Shown: positions 1-12,649 of the stretch, piece by piece
Layout of the letters: each line of letters opens with the position of its first letter
Position numbering within the stretch: position 1 is the stretch's first letter
Assembly (NCBI RefSeq): GCF_006345805.1
Contig: NC_043002.1
Coordinates: forward strand, 48,298,001-48,362,000
DNA length: 64,000 bases
Origin: Octopus sinensis
Lineage: Eukaryota
Direction: 5' to 3'
Translations under genes and position numbers: made by a program
The notes under the pieces: model-generated
The model's input: only the letters and a program-made list of their open reading frames with translations
What the model was told of the DNA's origin: nothing
Databases searched by the model: none

Positions 1-771
1 GCCTAGGTGTCAAATTACATTTTTACACCTTCTTCCAGTGGTGTACTGAGAATGTCGAGCTCATGAAAGACAAAAATCATCTGTCATAGAAATCAAACAC
101 TGAAATTGGTCTTGTGAAATATACCCTCGAAAAGTTAAAAAGTCTTCAGCAGTGAAAAATATATTTGTGTTTAATAATTACTAACATCGACGCTGTAAAA
201 TGTTTTAAGTGTTAGAGCTCTCAGCTAAGTAGCTTTATTATTTAGTTTTCATCTCCATGATTTCAAATCCTAAACCGACGCTAATGCAAATAATCAATAT
301 CCAACATTGGAGAGGTAGAACTACCCGAAGCACTAGAGAACTTGTTTATTTAGTTTCGTTCTTAATCTTCTGTTTTAAAACTTTTGAATGTTGCGATATC
401 TTTAGTTTTTCTGAGATTGACAAATAGTATACCTTTATAGATTACCAAGATTGTACAGTGCAACTCGAAAAATATTTTTGTCTAATAAAAATTGCAATAT
501 TTCTTAATTTACAGAAATTTAGGAAGACACTTTTATCTATGACACTCGACCTCATTAGTATTTCTTAACCACTAAATCTTCTGGAAAACAAAAGCTGCAG
601 CGAATACTTATTTAACGTTATATTTACTCGTCCATATACACGTCATTATTTGTGAATACATATGTTTTTATGACAAATGAAGCCAACTAACTCGTAGAAA
701 CGCCGGACAAAACGCTTAATCCATTGCGTTCGTTTATACATTCTGACTTCAAATCCCGCCGACTTTACTCT

Positions 772-1195
772 TTTACTCTTTTACTCTCTTACTTGTTTCA
801 GTCATTTGACTATGGCCATGCTGGAGCACCGCCTTTAGTCGAGCAAATCGACCCCAAGACTTATTCTTTGTAAGCCTAGTACTTATTCTATCGGTCTCTT
901 TTGTCGAACCGCTACGTTACGGGTACGTAAACACACCAGAATCGGTTGTCAAGCGATATTTTTTTTTTGGGGGGGGGACACAGACACACAAACACATACA
1001 CACATACATATATATATATATATACATATACACGACGGGCTTCTTTCAGCTTCCGTCTACCAAATCCACTCACAAGACTTTGGTCGGCCCGAGGCCATAG
1101 TAGAAGACACTTGCCCAAGGTGCCACGCAGTGGGACAGAACCCGGAACTATATGGTTCGTAAGGAAGCTACTTACCACAGCCACTCCTACGCCTT
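772..1195 (-). mobile_element. tRNA-derived SINE, family A (near full length)
   Basis: Minus strand begins aggcgtaggagtggctgtggtaag (A-box-like) ... ggttctgtccc (B-box-like) ... ccttgggcaagtgtcttc, has an internal (TA)/(TG) tract, and ends in an (AAGAGT)n tail; same sequence recurs at 33125, 45547, 46551, 51592 and 58826. Confidence 0.85.
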
Positions 1196-1414
1196 TCATC
1201 TTTTAGGGGTAGATGAAAAAAGTACCACTTGAGCACTTGGGTCGATGTGATCGACTCGGCTTCTTCCCCAAATTTCTGGCCTTGAATCTGTAGTCAAAAG
1301 GATTTTTATGACAGATTGCGTCATATTACTGATGAAGCTTGATCCTGATGCATGTTATTTGGTTTATATGTTTACAGTTAAAATTCACTTCGTATAGTTC
1401 TTTAGATGCTACAT

Positions 1415-1760
1415 TCTAACTTTTATCTTTTACTTGCTTCAATCATTAGACTGCGGCTATGCTGGGGCAGAATTTTGAAGAAATTTTAGTCGAATGAATC
1501 GACCCCAGTACTTATATTTTCTTTAAGTGTAGTACTTATTCTATCAGTTTCTTTTGCCGAAATGCTAAGTTACGAAGACTTAAGCATACCAACACCGGTT
1601 GGAAACAAACACACACACACACACACACACACACATAACGGATTGCTTTCAGTTTCCGTCAACAAATTCACAGCTACCTAAGCTTTGCCACGAGGCGGGA
1701 CTGAACCTGGAATCTTATGGTTGAAAAGCAATCTTTTAACCACACAACCACACCCGTGCC
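1415..1760 (-). mobile_element. SINE family A, diverged copy
   Basis: Shares tagtacttattctatcag...ttttgccgaa and ctgaacctggaatc...ggttg blocks with 772-1195. Confidence 0.7.
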
Positions 1761-2184
1761 TTGTATATATTGACTTTAATTACGAGTAACTTTTTTGATG
1801 TGTAAATATATGAATTAATGTGAAACAAACAAATTCTTTAAACGTTAGTCTTTCAATGTAATTAATTACGAATTCTTTGAATTTCAATTACTATCTTTAA
1901 AATAGCTCATAATTGCCTGTCTACATCTTCAACGCGTAAATGTTTCTTTAGATTTTCTTGTTTCAACAATTTTCCTTTCACTTTTAAACATTTCATTTAG
2001 GAATATTCTGGTAGAGCAAAGACATGACACTGTGGTTAAGAAGCTCACTTTGCACAATCTCTTGGCCAAATATCTCGGACGACCCATGTCTTGCAAGTGA
2101 ATTTGGTAGAAGGAGTGTGTGTGGATGCCTGTCGTGTGTGTACACACACACACACACACATGTATATATATATATATATATATA

Positions 2185-2338
2185 GGTTATCAGAGGTAAT
2201 GTTTTCAGTAAGACCCAAATATTGCTTAACCATATTCTCACACCGTCTCCGATGAAGGGATATAAGAAATATCCTGGAAACAGCTGTAATACCTATTCAC
2301 AGCCTTCGTTTTTTATCTCATCCTAAAATAATTTCTTT
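2185..2338 (+). mobile_element. Short hammerhead-bearing Penelope/retrozyme-like element within (TA)n
   Basis: ~150-bp unique segment flanked by TA-rich repeats, containing the hammerhead-like motif at 2245-2293. Confidence 0.45.
2245..2293 (+). ncRNA. Minimal type I hammerhead ribozyme-like motif (U4C core variant)
   Basis: gtct-CCGATGA-A-GGGATAT/aagaa/ATATCCT-G-GAAA-palindrome ACAGCTGT-GTA^-atac; 7-bp stem II and palindromic stem III seen directly; stem I only partly paired. Confidence 0.55.
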
Positions 2339-2374
2339 TATATATACGACATAGATATGTACACACACACACAC

Positions 2375-2458
<84 letters not shown>

Positions 2459-2545
2459 CATACACATGTATAGTCTGTATGTATTTATACGCAACGGGCA
2501 CCCACACAGATTCCATCTACCAAATCTAGATACATACATACATAA

Positions 2546-2639
<94 letters not shown>

Positions 2640-2699
2640 TTTATATATGTATATATGTATGTATTAGTGTGTGTGTGCATATATATTTGTGTGTGCTTG

Positions 2700-2900
2700 T
2701 ATTAGTTCTTCCGCACCACTGGAGAACCAGTGTTGGTTTGTTTGCGTTCCATTTTTCTCAGCGGTTCGATAAGAAGGAAATGACAGAATAAACAGTAGAC
2801 TTCAAGATAAGTACTGGAGTCAATTTGTCCGACTAAAATCTTCAGAGTGGTAGCTCAGCATGGCCGCAATCCAATGAGCGAATCAATTAAAAGATAAAAG
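2700..2900 (+). mobile_element. SINE family A 3' tail, diverged
   Basis: cagcggttcgataag...ataagtactggagtcaatttgtccgactaaa...cagcatggccgcaatccaatga...aaaagataaaag matches the family A tail. Confidence 0.6.
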
Positions 2901-3018
2901 TTATGGCTTATTTGGTTACATAAACGTGGCAATACTCTAATAACAGATAACATTACTATGTTGCGTTACCGATACAATTTTTGTGAATGTTAAATTTAAT
3001 TTTAAAAAAAGGGTTTGC

Positions 3019-3066
3019 ATAATAATAATAGCAATAACAATAACAACAATCATAATAATAATAATA

Positions 3067-3097
<31 letters not shown>

Positions 3098-3150
3098 TGA
3101 TGATGATGATGATGATAATGATGATGATGATGATAATGATAATAATAATA

Positions 3151-3214
<64 letters not shown>

Positions 3215-3215
3215 A
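3019..3215. repeat. Compound (AAT)n/(GAT)n microsatellite
   Basis: Direct reading of triplet runs; source of the poly-I/N/D/Y ORFs. Confidence 0.95.
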
Positions 3216-3359
3216 TACCGTTTTCATTGTTGTGTTAACCTATAACACGTTTGTTTCCAAATACCAACATTTCTTGTCACTCTTATTTCATGAATACGTT
3301 GAAAGCCCGGGATCTATGATATCAAATAACTGATAATTAAGGCAGTTATGAATTTTTAA

Positions 3360-3620
3360 CCTCAACTCTTTATCTGCTTGAGATTAAATTGCCGGATGTC
3401 TGCAAGAGGAAAAGCGAACTGTGTAGTATTTCCAGTACGTTGTAGTTCTCGGGAAGAAGAATTGAAAATAGTGTCTATTGCGGAATCTGCAAGATGAGAG
3501 ACTCCAGAGGATGCTGACGTTAAAAGCATAAACTGGTGAGGCGGGTGGGTTTGGATGCAGAGGGTGTAAATGAAGCTAGTTCAGAGTATTAGGAAATTGT
3601 ATCCATATTTTTATCAATTT
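3360..3620 (-). mobile_element. CR1/Jockey-like LINE 3' fragment
   Basis: Minus-strand translation CRFRNRHYFQFFFPRTTTYWK resembles the C-terminal FFPRT..LWN motif of CR1-group ORF2. Confidence 0.55.
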
Positions 3621-4329
3621 ACCTTCAAATTCTGATCGGTAACACTAATAAAGAATGAAATGTTTCTGAACAACATATGTTATCTTATTACTGCCGGCGT
3701 GTTAGGCAATAACATGACATGCTATGTTGCTGAACAAAATATCGAGTCTTTTTATTGCTGGTCTGTTAACGCTTTTTATTGCATTCTGTGCATATATGTT
3801 CAAGATGATTAATTTTTACCTTGTAAAAGGGAACATATCTAACTGAAGTTGACTCTAATATATCTGACAGCTTATCTTTGTAACCGATTTACATTTATTA
3901 TATTTGTTAGTTTTAATAATATGAGAGCAAAGGAACGTATTATAACTGCCTTTAACTATATACTATTATTATTTGTTCTGACATATAGACAAATGCGACT
4001 ATCTATAGAGGCAACTTTAATTTTTAAATTGTTATTAGTTTGGTTGAAATATTCATATAAAACTTCATATTACAGCCAAAGAGGACTCAGTGATTACGAA
4101 CAAAAACATTGGCAAAAGGTAATATATAGAAAATATATATGCAAAGAACGAATTTGGCATTGTTCCTATGAAAAAATTATGGATCTTTATATTTCATCTA
4201 AACTGCATCTAAAAACCGAAAGCTGAAGATCGCTGCTGAAAGCTTGCTTTGAAGATACCATTCTTAGAACTATTCATGTTTTTTAATCAGATTCCAAAGA
4301 CAGAGGAGCTGTCATGACTTAAGTAAGAA

Positions 4330-6350
4330 CATCATTGCCCAATGAAAAGATTGTCGATATAAGAAAAACTGAAGAGTGAGAAATTCTGAGGGGTTTCTAG
4401 TTATCAGAAGGAAACATTGAAATCATGCGGTATCTAGGAAATGAGACACACTGGGATCAACGTAAAAAAGTACAGACTGGTGGTACAGGTGGGCCTTAAC
4501 AAACTGGGTATAAAGCTAGCTAGTTGGAGGATTAGAAGCGGGTGTATTCATGTAAGAATGGTCAGAGAGCACGGAGAGAATCCCCATGACATGACTCAGT
4601 GTTTGAAGTTCTTTATTGGGTGATTATTTGTAAGGTATACCTCTTTTGAAAGCAATCTCGTATACGTTTGGATGTAGCATTGTCCGATATATGTGAGTAG
4701 TATTCTAATGTGTATTTTATTTGAGTTTATAAAAGTAAAAAGCTGATTAGATATTAAGTAGGTTCCTAGAACTTTGGGATACTATGTTATCAGCATAAAG
4801 GTACTTTTAGAACTGACAACGCACAGGTCATTATTGTATGAAAGGAAGAGTGTAAGAGACATACGTTTGGTTTCAGAATTGAAAGTGAGGTTTGAAGTGG
4901 CATAGATAAAAAGTTACTAGTTCAACAGAACTCATACTCACTTCCTGCTGATGGAGAGCGACACAAAATAAAGAGGAAATTTTTAAAAATGTTTAACTCA
5001 CATGTAAAATAGTGACGGTTTTATATCTTTGGTTGGCAGAACAGAGAAATTTCCTTCCCTTTGATGAAGGAGACACAAGGTAGTGAACTTTCAAAGAATT
5101 GGTAGGTTCGGTTGAATTGAGAAAAAATATTGAAGAATGTGGCAAGGATAGAAAAACCAGCTGTGGAGCAAACAGTTTTAGGGAAAATAGGATATAGGTG
5201 AGACTGATTGCTTTGATAAATTGAATGATATAAGAAGTTTCTAAAGTGTTGAGGAGTGAGCATTTCATGAACTACTCAATTTGTATTCATGCTCATCAAT
5301 GTCAGCAGATAATAGTGAAGTTGTGAAGTTGAAGTTGAGCATAGGTTTTATTGAGTTGTAATACGTGATACAGGAAGCGAAAAGCATAGGTAGTAGACGT
5401 TTTTGAACAGGAGTATTAACATAGCCAACAATTTTATGTGATGGTATAAAGAAGAATTCTACAAAACTGGTAAACTTCTCGATAAGCGAACAGAAGAGTC
5501 TCCTGTTACTTGTAGGCTGTGCGAAGTTGGAAGAAGTCATTCGTTTTTTCTTTCTGATGGTAGACGTTGCGACGGTGAATATGAATTTCCTAGTTGGTTG
5601 TGTTGGATGTCATTCTCCAGATTTTATACATAGTATTATTTTGCTGTATTGCTGTCTTACAAGTGCTAGAAAATCACTTTTGGTTTAGCGGTGGTGACAT
5701 TTAATTGAGTTAAAGGCGCGAAGAAACAAGGCAAGGAAGAGGGTTTCAATCACTCAATACCAAAATACATTTGCATTCAAGATCAGAGAGGATGAATAGG
5801 CAGAATTCCTGGTGCTTTAACTGATTTAAAGTATCGAAGAAGAATTGTGTATTTTAAGATAGATGTGATGTACATGGAGTTGATGAAGGCTCTGGTCAGA
5901 CGATCCAGTAGGGGAAAAGATTGGGAATCGACGATTAAAATGGGATCGAGTGTGCTTGAAGTCTTTGCATGTTTAATACATATGCAATCAGTATTAATAC
6001 GAACTAGTTAGACACTTCAAAATGCCAAAATATTCAACATCTGCATTTAACAACATCGGTGTGCGGAAAAGCCAAAAATAGTGTTTTCCTTGAATTCAAT
6101 GAGAGTGATAATTTCAGAAATAGGTAAGATGCACCAGAAGCATCCAATGCGGGATAACAGATATTCGTTTCTAGAGGTTGTAGAACTATGTATTATAATG
6201 AGCAAGAGAGACCTTGAACTAAAGTAACCTTGAAATTTTGTTGTGGAAATACAGGTAAGAGCGTTGAGAAGTAGGGAGAATCAATTCTCAGTATGTACAG
6301 AGCAAACAACTGAAAAAGTTCTCGCTAAAGGTCTTGAGATTTTACGACAC
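4330..6350 (-). pseudogene. Degenerate CR1/Jockey-like LINE ORF2 (APE + RT)
   Basis: Minus-strand motifs in the expected order: SPTGSSDQ (APE C-terminal SDH motif, ~5900), ILATFFN...KGK (pre-RT, 5021-5263), LTLFLSYNNDL...LYADN (RT YADD region, ~4790-4850), LYTQFVKAHL (post-RT, ~4490); many stops and frameshifts. Confidence 0.75.
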
Positions 6351-7349
6351 TAATAAACCTTCCACTTTCAAGTCCATCAATATAAACGCAATGAATTGGT
6401 TCAATTCTTAAAATGTTCTGGTTCTGCTATGCGTGAAAATGCAAAATTACATTTCAGAACAATTATTCGTGAAATTTTAACATTACAGCGTAACATAAAA
6501 TGGTGTAACTTTCTGACAGTATTTTTTTTTTTTTTATAAAAGCTTTAAATAAAAATTATACGTTACAACGTTTCTGGGAAAAAGGGATCAAATTAAACAT
6601 CAGAACTCTATAATCATTAGAATTCTATAAGAAAATATCAATTTCCAAATTAATCAGTGCCTAACAATATTGTAATCTTTGCGCGGTGCAGTAAAACAGA
6701 TAAGGGTTTTACAAAATAGTTTTACGGTAAATTCACGAATACAATATCTCTCGTAATTGTAGATTGAAGTTGTAGCTTTGTAAATGCAGGATAAACATTT
6801 AAGAACTGGACTAAATATTCAAAGTGTTCAGTTTTGTCCGTCTCATGTTTGAGTTCAATGCAATTATACCTAATAATAGAACATGAATGTAACGTATATT
6901 TCTGTGATGCTTCTTATCTGATTCTCCATCAACATCAATGGATTAACCTAATATTAAACCATATAACCTCATCAATTCCATTCATCATAAATATCAAACT
7001 TTCTGAATGACACTTCATCTAACTCCATTTATTTCATTTTTATTCGGTGTGACTAAGTATACCGAATTCTCTCGTCACTGAGACAAGCCATATTCAATAA
7101 CATCCCAACTCAATCATTAGTAACACTCTCTTAAAATTTGTTTTCTTATACTTATTTTTCAAATTACCGAATTGCTGGAACGGTGATTTGGAAGAATAGA
7201 TAATGCCAACTTAAATGTTTTGCAAACTTTATTGACAGTAATTTGTGTTTAAATACATATGGTGTCGAATTTGACTTTTACTTTTTCTGAAATCAACAAA
7301 AACGTACCAGTCGGTTAAAATTCCGATGATTTCCGATCTTTTGCCTGTA

Positions 7350-7880
7350 TCTCTTATGATAAAAGGCATATTTTCTCTGCCTCTTCCCATGTTCCTTTTT
7401 AATACAATTCTACAATATAGAATTTCTTCAATTGGAATTTACCTACGATTTTTACAAGTAGATTCGATTGGGTCATGGCATATAAATTTTTTTCAATTTG
7501 ACCTGCAATTAAGCAAAAATTCGAGAAAAGTAAATATTTTACGATTTGCCTCTCTAATTTCAACTGCTTCACTCCTGCTATTACCATAATTTCTCCTACT
7601 TTCTCTTTGCCAGTGTACCTTAAACCACTACTCAAAAAAAATACAGAGCAAACAGAAACAAATAAATACATAACGATTTACTCCTCACACAATTTCTTCA
7701 ATTGGAGTTTACCTATGATTTTTCCAAGTACATTCCATTCGGTCATGGCATATAAATTTCTTTCAATTTCACCCCCAATTAAGCAAAAATTCGAGAAAAC
7801 TCAATATTTTACGATTTCCCTCTCTCACTTCAAAGGCTTTACTCCGCCTATTACCACACTTTCTCCCACTTTCTCTTTAC
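7350..7880 (+). mobile_element. Helitron-like 5' segment with internal ~187-bp duplication
   Basis: Starts A|TCTCTTATGATAAAAGGC, homologous to 60925-61130; 7421-7607 is repeated at 7691-7876; no 3' CTAG end seen. Confidence 0.5.
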
Positions 7881-8137
7881 ACACATAGACACGCAAACAT
7901 ATACATATATGACAGTGTCAATTGTTGAAAGAAAATTGTAAGCTAAGGTGTGTGTGTGTTCGTGCGTGTGTGTGTGTGTGAGTGTGTCTGTGTGAGTGTG
8001 TGTGTGTGTCTGTGTGTGTATGTGTAGGAAGTGAAGGATAAAAATATGGCAAGAAGTGGACAGATGTACATATATACATACATACATACATACATGTGTG
8101 TGTGTGTGTATGTATGTGTATTAATGTGTGTGTGTTA

Positions 8138-8527
8138 TCTCTCTCTATATAAAGCTGAAGTTGTCTGTGTGCGCCAGGTTTGGTAGCCTTCAACTAACAC
8201 TATCTCCTCCGAGACCCTGCGGCGCAAGTTGACCAAAATTGAGAGTATATGATAGAAGGGTTGCTCTTCCTTCCGTAGAAGATAAAATTCAAATCGGACC
8301 ATGTTAACACCAAAAATTATTTACATCAAAAAGGTGCTTTTTTCTATGAAAATCCCTATTTTTTACGATCTTTTCACTGCTGTGTCACCACTTTTCGGTG
8401 TATTTCAACCAACAAAATGTTCACTTGAAGAGAATAACAAGCTACATAATGCAAAATTTTTACTTTTCAAAAATTCCAATTCCAGCGGGTCGAAACAAAC
8501 CCGAGCAACGCCGGGCGATACTGCTAG
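8138..8527 (+). mobile_element. Non-autonomous Helitron
   Basis: 5' TC, 3' hairpin cccgagcaacgccggg then ...ctgCTAG, inserted between A and T with no TSD. Confidence 0.85.
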
Positions 8528-10822
8528 TTAAGAAATATTTGTTTTCACATTTGGTTGTTTGATACTGTCATATACATGAAAGCTAAGTACATATTTAAAA
8601 TCAGTATATTCTTAGTAAAGAAGACTTTCAGAGATACTACAACCGAGACGTGATAATTTAATCATATTTAACTGCATTGAAAGAATGATTCTAGATAATT
8701 GAAAAAGAGTCAGTGCTATTCTCCAAATCATTTATATTTACGGAAATATATGTCAGTTTTAGAAATACTCTCCACTACCTCGATGTTTACGATAGTAGCA
8801 GATACTGACATTATCACAATTTCAGCAACAACACTCCTTATCAAAATATTTTTATTAAACGAAATACATCTATTAAAAGCGAATAGCTATTTCGCCCATA
8901 AAATTTCAGAAACTGTCTAGAAAGTATAAAAGCACTATATAAATAATACTGATTAACCAGTTCGTTGGCTGATGTGGAAATATACTTATAAAGTGTGAAT
9001 TTAAGGCCTTAACTACTTCTTTTCTCGATGCCTATTTCACCAGTATTATAATAGTGTCTGCTACAATATGCACCCTGCCTAAACTCCGTTGGATGCATAT
9101 ACCTTTTTTGTTTTATTTTATTTTGTTTTGCCATCTTGTAATAAACTTCTCTAAATTTTTCTCGTTATTGGTGTATCATTCTAGAGCCCTGGTATTATTG
9201 ATATACTTCCCTCAAACTAAGGCTCAATCATATTTAATTTTAAGAAAAGAAATTATGCAAACCACGATACCGACTACTCAAACAAAAATAAAAGCAGAAA
9301 TAAGATGATCTGAGAGCCACAAATCTTTAGAAAAATAGAAAGAATAATCATATTTTTTAAGAAAAACACAATGAAATCGATGTCAAATCTCTAAAACAGC
9401 ATACGTATTTTGACATAATCAATATTTTGATATAGACAATTATAATATTAACTACGAAGTTTACATAAAAATATACTCATATTTACATACAAAATTACAT
9501 AAAAACTGTGGTCTACTTTTCTTCAGAACACTTTACGCTTTTAATGTTTAATAATTGCTGTATTGTCCACAGTTGATAAAATTCCATTTTACTTTTCTAA
9601 AGCACCAGTTGGCAGCATCATTGTGCATGAAAAGCGAAAAGAAATTTATAGCTTTCAGCTGTGATTGAGTATGAATGTTTTATCGTAATGTTTTATCGGA
9701 AAGTTTCTATAATTCTGTATTAAAGTGAAGTTGAACTATGCTAAGTCTATTTCATTAATATGTTTGAATGTACGAATAAAAAGAACTCCGTTGTTGGCTT
9801 TTGAAGTAACATCTCGAACCAAATGTAATAGGTTCTAACAGAAAAAAATATTATTATATCAATAAACAATATTTTAAAGAATGTAGTGTAATCAAGTGCA
9901 GATTTTGTGGTCGAAATATAAAAAATTTCTTTTCAATATATTTTGCATTATGAATAATGATTTTAAATGTTTAGGGAGATTTTTCAAAGAGCTATACAAT
10001 AATTTATAAAGCTGTGTCAATTAATAAAAATTCTATGTATATAGATTTATTCCCTTCAACTTGAAGCACCAATTTCTATTCAACTTGTTCTGCTATGGAA
10101 CGTCATTAATGTTTTATAGGCAATTTCCAAGATTAGAAATACATGTTAAACTGCAATAATTCCTAAACTGAAATGTGAAAACTGTTGAAAAAAATCCACA
10201 GCTTTACAATAATGGCTAATGTTAAAAGTGAAACAAAAACTGTGATCATTTCGATGATATCAAATACTCTTTGACAAAATTTATTGGTTCTGTGCGTTTT
10301 CCCTTCTTTATTAGAACAGTATTTTAAAACAAATCTATCCATTTATCGCGCGGTAAGTTAATTCAATCGTCCTTCAGTTTCTTCGGATGCAGTATAGCCA
10401 ATTTCAATACAATAATTTCAATACAAAGAGCATATGACACAATGCAATATATGTTATAAATATTCTTTGGTAGATAAAACCTAAATTTACAGATATATAT
10501 ACTGTTTTATCACATATGGGGTTACTGTCTTATCCAGAAAATTAATCTGCCACATAAAATATTCCTAACAAAGATGTAATCTATGTTAAAATTTAGTTTT
10601 AGATTATCTAATTTAGTTTTAGATTGTAAATTATGAATGTAATTAAAGAAGTGCCAATCAAAAGTTTCATATGTTCATGAATTAAAATTAAATTGTGTTG
10701 ACCACGCGATATTCAGCACATTGTGCAGAACATTGTTTGTATATTGTCTGATAATTAAATCACTGTCTTTTACTATTCAAAGAAATTTCTTAGCTTCTAT
10801 GGAATCTCATACAAATCTCATA

Positions 10823-10823
<1 letters not shown>

Positions 10824-10911
<88 letters not shown>
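10824..10911. repeat. (ATT)n microsatellite
   Basis: Direct reading. Confidence 0.95.
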
Positions 10912-10912
<1 letters not shown>

Positions 10913-10920
10913 AGGCGATG

Positions 10921-11095
10921 AAAGGCGGCGAGCTGGCAGAATTATTAGCACCCCGGACAAAATGCTCAGCGACATTCCGCCCGTCTTCATGTTCTAAGTT
11001 CAAATTACGTCAAGACTGACTTTGCCTCTCATTCTTTTGAGGGTAATGAAATAAGTACCAGTTGAATAGTGGAGTCGATGTATTCGACTATCCAC
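10921..11095 (+). mobile_element. tRNA-derived SINE, family B
   Basis: aaggcggcgagctggcaga...gttcaaatt...gactttgcc...ataagtaccagtt; homologous to 12343, 14148, 27197 and 28550. Confidence 0.75.
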
Positions 11096-11781
11096 TTAAA
11101 ATGCTGTCCTAGAAAAAAAGGTATAGAGATTTGTTAAGAAATGTACTATTACCACAATCATCATCCATATATTCTAAATAATTGTTGGGCCATTAAATCG
11201 GGAAGAACTCCATAAAATTAAAATTTAATGAAAAACAATTTAAAGAATTTAAAAACTTATAATTTTCAATTAAATCAGGAATATTTTTCTCGGGGTAATG
11301 ATAATGAACGAATAAAGCATTTAAACCATTTACAAATTAAAACATTTACAAATCAAAACAGAGTAACAAATGAGGAATTAATCGTGATCTGAATTCAAAT
11401 TGTAAAGGTTATTTCAAGCTATATTGTCTAATGTTGAACGGAGAAAGAATTTTAAAGTGAAATTTAAATTGAATTCTATTTTTAAGAATTGAGCGACGAA
11501 AATATGATATCAATATTTGATAATAAAGACAATAAGACAAAGGGTATATATATGAGAAGATAAAGTAACGACGTTAGAAACAACAGCAACAACAACAGTA
11601 CCAATATCAACGATTAAATTATTACATTATTTAATCAGAATAGCTGGTGAGAAATGAATTTTAATTTGCACTTTCATTTGTAAGTTTTTTGAGGATATGC
11701 CGCCTAGCGTTGTTCATGGAATAAATTACAATCTGAAATCTAAATCTTTGGAAAATATTTAAAAGTGTAAAATAGATATTA

Positions 11782-12180
11782 TCTCTTTATATATAAAACT
11801 GAGAATGTGTGTCTGTCTGTGTGTTTCCCTAAAACTTGAGAACTACACAACCAATTTCATTCAGATTTTACACATGGCTTACTTAAGGTCCGGGGAGTGT
11901 CATCGGCAAACTTTTTCCCTAGGGCGACCCCACAGCAATATCATATCTTCTCCACTATTTCAGTATTACGTATTAAAAGTGAAACAAAAACATCTCTCTA
12001 TTGTAATGCAGACATTCACTTTAATACTGAAACTATTAAAGTGAAAGTATTATATAACAGGGATGAACCATTAACAGTGGTCCTCCATTTTGCTAGAAGA
12101 AGATCCGCTATGGTCTTATATGCTACACCACTGGTTTTCAATTCATATTAATCAAATTAATATTCAATTTTTCACCCTTA
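11782..12180 (+). mobile_element. Helitron-like 5' segment
   Basis: A|TCTCTTTATATATAAAACTGAG...tgtgtgtctgtc start resembles the 5' ends at 8138, 31701 and 62012; 3' end not found. Confidence 0.5.
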
Positions 12181-12181
12181 T

Positions 12182-12224
<43 letters not shown>

Positions 12225-12342
12225 TGTGTGTGTGTGTATTAGCAATTCGTATAAAATTGCATCAATGACTTGAACTTGAATAAGTGGTTTCACATAAATG
12301 AGGATAAATTAATAAGGTTTGTTGTTATTATTATTACTTATT

Positions 12343-12547
12343 TCTTTACTACCCACAAGGGGCTAAACACAGAGGGGACAAACAAGGACAGACATAGGTA
12401 TTAAGTCGATTACATCGACCCCAGTGCGTAACTGGTACTTAATTTATCGACCCCGAAAGGATGAAAGGCAAAGTCGACCTCGGCGGAATTTGAACTCACA
12501 ACGTAACGCAGACGAAATACCGCTAAGCATTTCGCCCGGCGTGCTAA
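12343..12547 (-). mobile_element. SINE family B, little-diverged copy lacking extreme 5' end
   Basis: Minus strand ttagcacgccgggcgaaatgcttagcgg...gagttcaaattccgccgaggtcgac...ccccttgtgggtagtaaagaaata. Confidence 0.85.
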
Positions 12548-12649
12548 TTATTATTACTGTTTGACTATTGCAATCAAATTTGTTGGTTCCTGTTCAGGGA
12601 AACGTTGTTGTGTTGCATTTGTTAAATAATTGTAAACCATAACCCTCCC

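Noticed and set aside
2313-3245. Many 60-190 aa ORFs here and elsewhere rich in YI, CV, HT, MYVC or homopolymer runs
   Set aside because: They are translations of (TA)n, (CA)n, (TATG)n and triplet microsatellites, open in several frames and on both strands.
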